Shown here in pieces: positions 50,159-59,169 of a stretch of 64,000 nt of DNA. A program made the translations under genes and the position numbers. Position 1 is the first letter of the stretch; the number at the start of each line of letters is the position of its first letter. The stretch is from NCBI GenBank assembly GCA_963715335.1, contig CAVQRZ010000023.1, positions 64,001 to 128,000 on the forward strand, written 5' to 3'. Under the pieces are notes generated by a model. The model worked only from the letters and a program-made list of their open reading frames with translations, searched no databases and was not told the DNA's origin. The DNA is from an uncultured delta proteobacterium (GTDB taxonomy: Bacteria; Desulfobacterota; Desulfuromonadia; Desulfuromonadales; BM103).

Positions 50159-51781
50159 ATGCCGGAATTCTTTTACCAGAACCCGTATCCCGTCGGTGCA
50201 GACAAGACCAGCTACTACAAGGTCGAAGGTTCGGAGAAGTATGTCTCCGTCGAAAGCTTCAATGGTCGGGATGTCCTCAAGGTCGATCCGGAAGCACTGA
50301 CTGTGTTGTCCAGCATTGCCATGAAGGATGTGTCCTTTCTGCTGCGCAAGGAGCACAACGAGCAAGTCGCCAAGATTCTGATGGACCCCGAAGCCTCCCG
50401 TAACGACAAGGGTGTGGCGATGGCATTCCTGCGCAACGCCATGGTTTCGGCCCAGTTCGAACTGCCGACCTGCCAGGACACCGGCACGGCAACTATCGTT
50501 GCCAAAAAAGGTCAACAGGTCTGGACCGGTGTTAACGATGCGGAATATCTTTCCAAGGGGGTTTTCAAGACTTACACCGAAGAGAACCTGCGCTACAGCC
50601 AGACCGTGGCCCTTGATATGTACGAAGAGAAGAACACCGGCACCAACCTGCCGGCGCAGATCGACCTTTACGCCACAGAGGGTGACGCCTACAAGTTCCT
50701 GTTCGTAGCAAAAGGTGGCGGTTCCGCCAACAAGAGCATGCTCTATCAGGAGACCAAGGCGCTGCTCACCCCGGAGAAGCTCTTTGACTATCTGGTCGCC
50801 AAGATGAAAACTCTCGGCACCGCAGCCTGCCCTCCTTACCATCTCGCCTTCGTCATCGGCGGGACCTCGGCCGACGCAGTCATGAAGACCGTCAAGCTGG
50901 CGACTGCCAAGGAACTCGACAATCTGCCGACGGTCGGCAACGATCACGGCCAGGCCTTCCGTGATATCGAGCTGGAGAAGAAACTGCAGAAAGCTGCCCA
51001 GGACCTCGGCATCGGTGCCCAGTTCGGCGGCAAGTACTTTACCCACGATGTCCGCGTCATCCGCCTGCCCCGCCACGGCGCATCCTGCCCGCTCGGCATG
51101 GCGGTTTCCTGCTCGGCTGACCGCAACATCAAGGCCAAGATCACCAGAGACGGCCTGTTTGTCGAAGAGATGGACCGCGATCCGGGCCGCCTGCTCCCCG
51201 AGCAGTATCGTATGGCCAAGCATGAGCATGGTCACAAGGTCGACCTCAACCAGCCGATGGAAGCCATCCTCGCCGAGTTGACCAAGCTCAAGTGCGGCGA
51301 CGCCCTGTTGCTCAACGGCACCATCGTGGTCGGTCGCGACATCGCCCATGCCAAGTTCAAAGAGATCCTCGACAGCGGCAAACCATTGCCCGACTACCTG
51401 AAAAAACACCCGATTTACTACGCCGGACCGGCCAAGACCCCTGCCGGCAAACCATCAGGCTCCTTCGGCCCGACTACGGCCGGCCGGATGGACTCTTACG
51501 TCGGCCTGTTACAGGAGAACGGCGGCTCAATGGTCATGATCGCCAAGGGCAATCGCTCGCAGCAGGTCACTGATGCCTGCAAGAAATTCGGTGGCTTCTA
51601 CCTCGGCTCCATCGGCGGCCCGGCCGCCTTGCTCGCCGAAGAAAACATCAAGAAGGTCGAGTGCATCGACTTCCCCGAACTCGGCATGGAAGCTGTCTGG
51701 CAGATCGACGTCGTCAATTTCCCGGCATTCATCCTGGTTGATGATAAGGGTAACGACTTCTTCAAGCAGTTGGGTCTGTAA
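50159..51781 (+). CDS. fumA: Class I fumarate hydratase
   Basis: [21 protein letters not shown] and GPTTAGRM motifs. Confidence 0.96.
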   Translation: MPEFFYQNPYPVGADKTSYYKVEGSEKYVSVESFNGRDVLKVDPEALTVLSSIAMKDVSFLLRKEHNEQVAKILMDPEASRNDKGVAMAFLRNAMVSAQFELPTCQDTGTATIVAKKGQQVWTGVNDAEYLSKGVFKTYTEENLRYSQTVALDMYEEKNTGTNLPAQIDLYATEGDAYKFLFVAKGGGSANKSMLYQETKALLTPEKLFDYLVAKMKTLGTAACPPYHLAFVIGGTSADAVMKTVKLATAKELDNLPTVGNDHGQAFRDIELEKKLQKAAQDLGIGAQFGGKYFTHDVRVIRLPRHGASCPLGMAVSCSADRNIKAKITRDGLFVEEMDRDPGRLLPEQYRMAKHEHGHKVDLNQPMEAILAELTKLKCGDALLLNGTIVVGRDIAHAKFKEILDSGKPLPDYLKKHPIYYAGPAKTPAGKPSGSFGPTTAGRMDSYVGLLQENGGSMVMIAKGNRSQQVTDACKKFGGFYLGSIGGPAALLAEENIKKVECIDFPELGMEAVWQIDVVNFPAFILVDDKGNDFFKQLGL

Positions 51782-51818
51782 ATCAGCCAACAAAAAGCCC
51801 CGGGGATTTCCCGGGGCT

Positions 51819-52470
51819 CAGATTGTTGACGAACCCTGCACGTGATGCGGGGTTCGTTTTTTTTTGCCTGTCAGGTGGAGTATTTATGAAGTTTAGGGCA
51901 ACAGATGGTTAATCTGTTGCCCTCGTTCTCTTATTTGAGATCCAAACACAAAAGTTGAAGAACAAAACCGTCGGGGTTGCCCGACAGCAACTTCATTTTC
52001 TTTGTAGCGACAAAGAAAGGAAGCAAAAGAAAGCTTGGCGCTACGCTGGGCATGTCTGGCTCGGCAGGGCGGCGACCTCAATGCAGAACGTTCTAAACGA
52101 TCAAGAGTCTACGCTTCACCCGCAGGAGCCGAGGCTCTTGAGAGCCTCTCCTGCTGTGGAGACTTGCGTTGATAGAGGTTGTTTTGGCTTTTCCCTGGTA
52201 GATCACACGGCAAGGTCAGGCCCTTTGACACAGGGCCGGATCACCATCACAGCGGGTTCTTGAAGTCACAGACATCCGGCAAAGGAGATGCCCTCCGCAA
52301 GGAGAAGGCACTTTTGCATACTTTTGTTGCCGGACAAAAGTATGGCGTCGGGCGGGACGCGACCCGCCGGTTTTGCTTTTAAGCTTTTCAAGAAAAGCAA
52401 AAAGGGCAACAGATTAACCATCTGCTGCCCTCTCTATCATGAATTCAGGTTAAACTTTTACAGCAGCCCC
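51819..52470. mobile_element. Composite repeat/MITE, copy C, at the fumarase terminator
   Basis: Begins CAGATTGTTGACGAA (like copy B) and ends TTTTACAGCAGCCCC. Palindromes at 51895-51923 and 52403-52431 enclose the inverted homologue of copy A. Confidence 0.8.
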
Positions 52471-52546
52471 GCCCCGGGGGTTTCCGGGTGTTTTTAATTT
52501 CATGGCGGCGAAGAGAAGACTATTGAGAGAAGACAAGCTGAGATAC

Positions 52547-54361
52547 CTATCGTCCCTGATAAAACCCGGCCTGGGCATTATAAAGACCGGCATAAGCACC
52601 AGCAAGCCGCAACAGCTCAGCGTGGGTTCCTTTCTCGATAATCATTCCATCATCCATCACATATATCCGATCAGCCAACTGCACTGAAGAAAGACGGTGG
52701 CTGATGATCAGCGCGCTACGTTGACCGATGACATTGCGAAACGAACGGATCATCTCAGCTTCAGCCAGAGGGTCGAGGGAACTGCTCGGTTCATCAAATA
52801 TCATCAGGTCAGCGCTACGGAACCAGGCCCTTGCGAGAGCGAGACGCTGCCACTCACCAATACTGAGCTCCTGACCGGCCTGAAAATGCGTGCCGAGCTG
52901 CGTATCAATGCCATCAGCAAACCGGTTTATGAACTGGTCCGCACCAGCAATTTTTGCCGCAGCAGTCAATTCATCAGCATTTGCTTCCTTCTCTGAATCT
53001 CCCAGCCATATGTTCTCGGAGATTGGCAGATCGAATTGTGCGAAATCCTGGCTCACAACACTCAAATGGCGACGCCATGACCTCGGCAAGAACAATTTCA
53101 GGTCCTTGCCTTCCCAGCTAACCTGTCCTTCATCAGGGTCGTAAAGCCGGCAAATTAATTTTGCCAGGGTTGTCTTTCCTGCTCCATTCACCCCAACCAA
53201 AGCGACTATCTCACCTGGACGTACTTCGAGATTCACATTCTTTAGAGTATGCTCCTTACGACTTGGATAAGTGAATGAGAGATCACGACAGACAAGCCCC
53301 AAGGCTGCCGGCTCCGGCACGAAACTTTGTCCGTTCTCCAGCTCAACCTTTACCGGTAGGTCAATCAAATCATAAAAATGTCTCAAGAACAGGTTGTCCT
53401 CATAGAGCCAACCCAGCCCCTGAAGAACATTCTGCAGAGCTGTCAAGGCTCTCTGATAACCTTGAAAATACATAACGATAACACCAAGAGTCATCGCCCC
53501 CTGGATCGCCACAAAAACCATCGCGGCCAGAGTTCCATATAGTGCGATTGTTGCACCGCCCTGCGCCAGGATGTCGCGCCTGACACGCCTTTTACTGATG
53601 TCGAGGCGCCCCTGACGCAACTTGTCACGCAAATCCCGGTAACGCCCACGGAATAAATCACCGATACCCAGCAGACGGATTTCACGAGCAAAATCAATAC
53701 TGGTCATCATCCAGTGGTAGAACCAGGCTTGCCGTTCGAGTTCAACCCGGTCTCGCTCAAAGGTATAGAGTTGGCGGGCATAGATAAGACGCACCAGCCC
53801 TGCAGGGACAGCGGCCAGAAGGAGAGCCAACCCAACGGCCCAATGAAAGGAGAACAACAGCCCGACGATACCAAAAAGTATCAGGAGGTTCTGCAGAGTC
53901 TGCTTCAACCCATTGACGATGTTGGCCGGACGTGACAAGGCGTCTTGTTGAGCAAGATGGAGGGTATTGTGATATGCAGGGTCTTCATAATAACCGAGAT
54001 CGACTGCAATTGACTTTTCGTGGATAAGGTCTGAGACAAAGTCAGAGACAGCCAGAGATTGTGCTTCCGTGACATATGCAGCGATACTGTTAATTGACGC
54101 AGTCGCCAACGCGACCAGGCCAGCAAGCCCGACCCAGATTAAAACTTGCGTTACCGCACCGTCACCTCTTTCAAGCAATGCGGCACCGAGAGAATCAACT
54201 ATCTGCTTCAGCAGCAACAACGCGAACACCGGCAAAGCCGTCTGTACTATCATCAACAACAGGCTTGCAAGAGTCCAGCGAGGGGTTGCTGCCCAAACCA
54301 GTCGCCAGGCACGGTGCAGATTGAAGATTCCTTTGATTCGCATTTTTATCGAACTATTCAT
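52547..54361 (-). CDS. ABC exporter (TMD + NBD) of the RiPP cassette
   Basis: TM helices; GVNGAGKTT, LSIGEWQR, FDEP and ISHR motifs; no C39 peptidase domain seen. Start uncertain. Confidence 0.92.
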   Translation of the reverse strand: MNSSIKMRIKGIFNLHRAWRLVWAATPRWTLASLLLMIVQTALPVFALLLLKQIVDSLGAALLERGDGAVTQVLIWVGLAGLVALATASINSIAAYVTEAQSLAVSDFVSDLIHEKSIAVDLGYYEDPAYHNTLHLAQQDALSRPANIVNGLKQTLQNLLILFGIVGLLFSFHWAVGLALLLAAVPAGLVRLIYARQLYTFERDRVELERQAWFYHWMMTSIDFAREIRLLGIGDLFRGRYRDLRDKLRQGRLDISKRRVRRDILAQGGATIALYGTLAAMVFVAIQGAMTLGVIVMYFQGYQRALTALQNVLQGLGWLYEDNLFLRHFYDLIDLPVKVELENGQSFVPEPAALGLVCRDLSFTYPSRKEHTLKNVNLEVRPGEIVALVGVNGAGKTTLAKLICRLYDPDEGQVSWEGKDLKLFLPRSWRRHLSVVSQDFAQFDLPISENIWLGDSEKEANADELTAAAKIAGADQFINRFADGIDTQLGTHFQAGQELSIGEWQRLALARAWFRSADLMIFDEPSSSLDPLAEAEMIRSFRNVIGQRSALIISHRLSSVQLADRIYVMDDGMIIEKGTHAELLRLAGAYAGLYNAQAGFYQGR

Positions 54362-54484
54362 AGATCCTATCCACATGGAGTCATTACATTTTTCACCAGA
54401 AACACATAAAAAAAATATGCATACTATAGCATTTAAATCATATATTTGTCGTAACAACCATATTCGACATATAATAGCTGCCTT

Positions 54485-55372
54485 ATGTCTGATCGTGACA
54501 AAATATACGGGCAAGAACTTGCTATTGGCCCCCTCATCTACCACCTCTATGCGATTGATGAATGGGGCGCAAGTATTCTTCATGGAATCAGCACACATCT
54601 TGCCTGTAATGAAATTTCGAGAACGGCTGATCGAATAATATTATTGTTTCATAATGAGCCGGCAGCCTTTACTTCGAAAAAAGTTCCCGCCGCTTTTTCA
54701 ACCTGTGAAGTTGAAGAAGATTCGTGGTATTTCCGCAAAAACCTGATTGACACGACCTGGCAATCGGATCAATCAACCTGCACCTTCTGGTCAGCAGGGG
54801 TTGACACGTTAATCGGGCCCGTTCGTTTTCATCTTCCATGGAGCCTTGTTGTTGATGATCTTGTTGCACGGGGGGGAGGACTGATCCACGCCGGGCTGGC
54901 CGACCACGGAGGCTCCGGATATCTGTTTGCTGCCCCGCCAAGCGGCGGTAAGAGCACAACATTGGCAACAGCCCCAGCCGAGTGGATGATTATGAGTGAT
55001 GACGCTGCTCTCGTCTGGCCAGACGAAAATGGCTGGCTGGCCAGTCCCCTGCCATCCTGGGGAGACCAACTCAAGCCTGACGAGCCCTGGCCCTGGCCAC
55101 AGATGGCGCTTGACTCGACTTGCGCTCTGAGCAACATTTTGCAGCTTGATAAAGGCGCCCATGTCGAACTCGCCAGGCTGAAAGAGTCAGCGGCCCTCCC
55201 CTTTATCTACCAGGCTTTAAGTGAGTATCCCGTCATTATTCTGGCAAACATCAGTTATAGAGAAGAATACTTCCGTAGCGCAGCGCAAATGGCCCGCGTT
55301 CTCTCAACATGGCAGCTTACCCTGCCGAAGCATGGCGACATCTGGCACCTGCTCCAGCAGAGAACCAAATGA
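54485..55372 (+). CDS. scmC: HPr-kinase-like P-loop protein, ScmC-like
   Basis: IHAG, AAPPSGGKST and SDD motifs; adjacent to ScmD/E/F-like genes. Confidence 0.72.
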   Translation: MSDRDKIYGQELAIGPLIYHLYAIDEWGASILHGISTHLACNEISRTADRIILLFHNEPAAFTSKKVPAAFSTCEVEEDSWYFRKNLIDTTWQSDQSTCTFWSAGVDTLIGPVRFHLPWSLVVDDLVARGGGLIHAGLADHGGSGYLFAAPPSGGKSTTLATAPAEWMIMSDDAALVWPDENGWLASPLPSWGDQLKPDEPWPWPQMALDSTCALSNILQLDKGAHVELARLKESAALPFIYQALSEYPVIILANISYREEYFRSAAQMARVLSTWQLTLPKHGDIWHLLQQRTK

Positions 55373-56010
55373 ACACACTAACCAACACCTTCATATACAA
55401 AGGCAGAAGCATGTGGCCATGTTTTCAGGAAGGCGACCTCCTGGTGCTGGCTGACATCGAATTCAACCAGATTCGTGCAGGCGATTGCATAGCGTACCAG
55501 AGGACCAGCGGCAGAAAAGCGGTGCACCGTGTAGTTGCGCTTCAAAGCTCACTTATCACACGCGGCGATTCTTTACCTTGCGTTGACACTGAATCGGTCA
55601 AATCGGAGCAGGTTATAGGGCGGGTTGTGAGTTTTTATCGCTTCGGCAGGCGGCATCAAGTTGTCGGAGGGTTCATAGGCAGGATTGTGGGTCTGTTCTA
55701 CCGATATGCAGGCCGTATCGATCCGCAAAGACAGGCGCGAGGCGGCTGGCTAGCGCGCAAAATCCGCTTTTTCAGCATGGCGATACTGAAAACAATTCAA
55801 TGTGATGGGAAAGCTGAGAGGCTTAAACTTGATGGGGCAGATGAATTGAAGGTGTGGACTATAGCCGGGAGGGTTATCGGACAACAGGATCAGGACTCAA
55901 GGCAATGGAAGATTGCCTGGCCATGGATGTTTTTGTTGAAATCAGGGAGACTTTTAAGATGGGGCAGAGGTCTTATTTTTCGCCGTTACCTACAGAACAG
56001 TAAACACTAG
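55369..56010 (+). CDS. S24/S26-family peptidase (Ser-His type)
   Basis: GRSMWP, GD, VHRV and TRGD motifs; ATGA-coupled to the upstream gene. Confidence 0.78.
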   Translation: MNTLTNTFIYKGRSMWPCFQEGDLLVLADIEFNQIRAGDCIAYQRTSGRKAVHRVVALQSSLITRGDSLPCVDTESVKSEQVIGRVVSFYRFGRRHQVVGGFIGRIVGLFYRYAGRIDPQRQARGGWLARKIRFFSMAILKTIQCDGKAERLKLDGADELKVWTIAGRVIGQQDQDSRQWKIAWPWMFLLKSGRLLRWGRGLIFRRYLQNSKH

Positions 56011-56179
56011 CTCCATTGCCACGCGTACAGTTACCCTGGTTTGACGCCCCTGACCCAGATGCGCATTGGGTTGGACCGCCAGGCGTGGGCGTAGTACCAG
56101 TCGCGCATTCACCGAAAATCGGCTGACATGAGTCAACAGACCTGACCATCGGCTCTTTCCATAAACGCTTATTACTCAT
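55973..56179 (-). CDS. Putative RiPP precursor peptide with CxxG repeats
   Basis: 68 aa with WKEP leader motif and four CxxG units; GAGGGG RBS; dedicated promoter. Confidence 0.82.
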   Translation of the reverse strand: MSNKRLWKEPMVRSVDSCQPIFGECATGTTPTPGGPTQCASGSGASNQGNCTRGNGASVYCSVGNGEK

Positions 56180-56209
56180 ACAACAGCCCCCTCAAAAATG
56201 ATTTCCGCG

Positions 56210-56238
56210 ATTATAGCCCTATCCGGGTATCTTGCCAA
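56210..56238 (-). promoter_or_regulatory. Sigma70 promoter for the precursor gene
   Basis: TTGGCA (56238-56233), 17-nt spacer, TATAAT (56215-56210). Confidence 0.75.
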
Positions 56239-56282
56239 CCCCCAGATTATGTAGCCAATCTGCAAGATGAGCCTCGACACCT

Positions 56283-57356
56283 TTAGCCTCTGCGCCTCTT
56301 TAACGGGAACAACCCTTGTTCAGCGGCTTGTTGACAGAACCAGTATGGTGCCAGCAGGTCACCGGAGAGCTGATAATTGGAGGCGACACAACTACCAAGG
56401 CAGTTTTCCTGCATCAAACAATCACGGCAAATCCCCTGAAGACTCTTCGGCAAGCCTTCCCTCAGGCCCATAAGCACCTGGTGGCTCTGCCAAATCTCCT
56501 TGAGCTTTACTGACATGACAGCACCCATCGACAGTTCCGGAACATGTTGACCAACACCACACAACGAGTAGGCCCCTGAGGGCAGGATGCCGAGCACGTG
56601 CATGATGTTACAGACCCCGTCATCCTCCCCGGAGATTATGCGTGAGAGAGGTCGGAAAGCATGTGGAACGCCCATTTGAATGGGGAGGCTGAACTGCTGT
56701 GACCACTTCTCAGAAACTTTTGCAGATATATCCAGGATCTCCTTGATACTCAAGGCATCTCCTTCATTAGAGAGGGTCTCAGCTCTCAGGACCGGTTGCA
56801 GCACGTTCAGTTTGACTGCGCCAGCGCCCAACCCCTCAGCCAGGGCAAAAAAATCAGGCAGTTGTCTTTTGTTCGATTGTTGCAAGGTCAAAATCAATTC
56901 AGGACGGAAACCCGCGCCAACCAATGCGCGAATCCCCATAATGGTTTTTTTAAAACCACTTTTGACGCAGCGAATCGCATCGTGGGTCCTGTCATTTGCT
57001 CCATCCAGGCTCACGGACACCCTGCTCACTCCGCTGTCCCGCATCAAGCTTGCCAGTTCATCATTAACCAACATACCGTTAGTCTCGACAATCGCCTCTA
57101 GATTGTATTCTCTCTGCAAATCAAGAAGCTCACGGAAACACGGATGCAGTGTCGGTTCCCCGCCAGTCCACTTGATGGCAGAAAGACCCAACGGGAGAGC
57201 CTGTTCGATGGCATGCCTCAATATTCGCGGCTCAAGGACAACTTGCTCATCCTGCTTTTGACGTTCCGGCACGAACCAGCAATGCCGACAAGCACAGTTA
57301 CAACCACTGGTCAGGTAAGCATAGAAGGTATTCAATGTCGGCACAGTCACGGCCAT
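56283..57356 (-). CDS. scmF: Radical SAM/SPASM protein, ScmF-like
   Basis: YLTSGCNCACRHCW, TGGEP and C-terminal CxxCxxxxxCxxxC motifs. Confidence 0.85.
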   Translation of the reverse strand: MAVTVPTLNTFYAYLTSGCNCACRHCWFVPERQKQDEQVVLEPRILRHAIEQALPLGLSAIKWTGGEPTLHPCFRELLDLQREYNLEAIVETNGMLVNDELASLMRDSGVSRVSVSLDGANDRTHDAIRCVKSGFKKTIMGIRALVGAGFRPELILTLQQSNKRQLPDFFALAEGLGAGAVKLNVLQPVLRAETLSNEGDALSIKEILDISAKVSEKWSQQFSLPIQMGVPHAFRPLSRIISGEDDGVCNIMHVLGILPSGAYSLCGVGQHVPELSMGAVMSVKLKEIWQSHQVLMGLREGLPKSLQGICRDCLMQENCLGSCVASNYQLSGDLLAPYWFCQQAAEQGLFPLKRRRG

Positions 57357-58456
57357 AACGATAGCCCCTCTGCTGCAAGTTTCTCCTGAAATCGTTTGAG
57401 ACAGGTCGACGGGCATGGCTGGTCAACTTTCCCGGTCGCTGTAAACGCCGTACCGGGACAGTTCCCGGTACAACTTGACTGCCATTCACACAGACGACAT
57501 TCGTCAAACTCTTCAAGCGCAATTTCCCACCGTTCACGCAACCGGCATAATGACTCGGCATTCTGCCAGACCTCAACCAGTGGAGTCTCTCCGACCTTGC
57601 CGAGGACCATGTGCGGCAGCATGACACAGGGGATATAAGCACCATCTGAACGAACCGCAAGGCTGTCGTAAATACAGCCACAACCGACCAGACGTCCCCG
57701 ACCCGGCACAGGAGTCCCAGACCGTCGTGCCTCCTCCATTTCACTGAACATACGCCAGTCCGCCAGAGGCCCTGCATTTGCGCGAATCCGCCCCGGATAT
57801 TGTTTGTCAAGGTTCGCCATGATTTTTATCGCTTTTAAATGCTCTCTGGTGTTAAGCAAAACACCCGTGCCGTATTTTGTCGAAGTCCCGAGCGAGGAAG
57901 CGGCATTGGTACTGAAAGAAGGGAGCCTCAGTTCTGTCAGCAATAGTCGTGCGATTTTCGGAAGGTCATCTATATTGCCGGGATGGATGGTCACTCTGAC
58001 TGTTACTGGCAGTTTGGTACTCTGCAAAGCTCTGATTCCTGATAACGCCGGCTCAAATGTTCCCTTACCGCGAAGACTTTCATGAATTTCTGCTGTCGAG
58101 CCATCCAGTGACACCTGGACCATGTCACACCGGCCTGTCTGCTGCAGGTGAACAGCAATTTGCGAGGTCAGGAAACTGCCGTTGGTCAACACGGAAAAAC
58201 GCATGCGATTGGCAACAATCCCGTCAACCAAGTCTAAAAAATCATCCCTGATCAACGGTTCACCACCCTGCAGGGTTACATTCATCACCTGGCAGTTTGC
58301 CAGTTCCTCGAAAAAGGTTAACCAGAATTCAGTAGGCAGGTCGGCGTAGATTACATCAGGGTTGTTAAGATAGTAACAATAGCTGCAGTTCGCGTTGCAG
58401 CGGCTGGTAATTTCAAGATCCAGAGAGCGTGGAGTACGCATCACTTGCGGAGACAT
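57347..58456 (-). CDS. scmE: Radical SAM/SPASM protein, ScmE-like
   Basis: MRTPRSLDLEITSRCNANCSYC, GGEP, GCGC and CRLCEWQSSCTGNCP motifs. Confidence 0.87.
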   Translation of the reverse strand: MSPQVMRTPRSLDLEITSRCNANCSYCYYLNNPDVIYADLPTEFWLTFFEELANCQVMNVTLQGGEPLIRDDFLDLVDGIVANRMRFSVLTNGSFLTSQIAVHLQQTGRCDMVQVSLDGSTAEIHESLRGKGTFEPALSGIRALQSTKLPVTVRVTIHPGNIDDLPKIARLLLTELRLPSFSTNAASSLGTSTKYGTGVLLNTREHLKAIKIMANLDKQYPGRIRANAGPLADWRMFSEMEEARRSGTPVPGRGRLVGCGCIYDSLAVRSDGAYIPCVMLPHMVLGKVGETPLVEVWQNAESLCRLRERWEIALEEFDECRLCEWQSSCTGNCPGTAFTATGKVDQPCPSTCLKRFQEKLAAEGLSLWP

Positions 58457-58761
58457 TAATCCTGCTCCCAAACCCCTACAGCACCGAGGATTGCTAATGT
58501 CTCCATTAAACCAATGACCTGCTGGGCCGTCGAGTCATCAATGCCCTCGTATCTGTTCCTTAGGCAATCAACAACTTCACCCAGGCTACGTTTTCCATCC
58601 AGCAACTTCCATACGTCAACCGCCGTGCTGTTGAGCATCTGCACCTTTCCATTATCAGGGTCAAACAACAGCGCGCAATCATCGTCTTCGATGCGCAGAA
58701 CGAGACCTGGATTGACCGCCAGGCGACTGTCCATATCGATTTTCAATTCGTTGTTATCCAA
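58456..58761 (-). CDS. scmD: PqqD-family RRE protein, ScmD-like
   Basis: NPGLVLRIEDDDCALLFDPD...LNSTAVDVWKLLDG; TAATG-coupled to the ScmE-like gene. Confidence 0.85.
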   Translation of the reverse strand: MDNNELKIDMDSRLAVNPGLVLRIEDDDCALLFDPDNGKVQMLNSTAVDVWKLLDGKRSLGEVVDCLRNRYEGIDDSTAQQVIGLMETLAILGAVGVWEQD

Positions 58762-58782
58762 AGGAATCCTTAATAGAAGAGA

Positions 58783-59070
58783 CTATTCTATTGGCAGCTT
58801 TACAACGAGACCGTGACGTAGAGCGAAACCAAGGATGGATCGAGTCTGTCGTTCAGCATCAGCCCGGTTGAGGTCAAAGTTCTGCAACAGGAAATTCAAA
58901 CAATCACTACGGTTAAAAAATCGTCCTTCAGGCAGCAACGACGCCTGCTCGAAGAGCGCCGCGGCAGCGTGATTGACAGTAACCATCACATCCCGATTAG
59001 CAATCAGCATAACTGCATCCTCGTCAAAAAATTCAATGAAAACATGAGGAGAGAGTTGGTAGCAATCCAC
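58783..59070 (-). CDS. Second, divergent PqqD-like protein
   Basis: 95 aa with LSPHVFIEFFDEDAVML...VNHAA...GLV pattern typical of the PqqD fold. Confidence 0.65.
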   Translation of the reverse strand: MDCYQLSPHVFIEFFDEDAVMLIANRDVMVTVNHAAAALFEQASLLPEGRFFNRSDCLNFLLQNFDLNRADAERQTRSILGFALRHGLVVKLPIE

Positions 59071-59169
59071 CAGGCGTACACCTTTCGAATATGATCCTTC
59101 ATGTTAGTTGTTTTACAAGTGGACTGTCAAATAAACGGAGGGATGAAATCATTCACCGCCAGAGAATGA

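Noticed and set aside
55973..55975. Sec read-through of the precursor peptide
   Set aside because: The stop codon is TAA, not TGA.
52547..59070. Lasso peptide or PQQ biosynthesis cluster
   Set aside because: No asparagine-synthetase-like cyclase, transglutaminase-like B2 protein or PqqB/C, and the peptide lacks the PqqA ExxxY motif.
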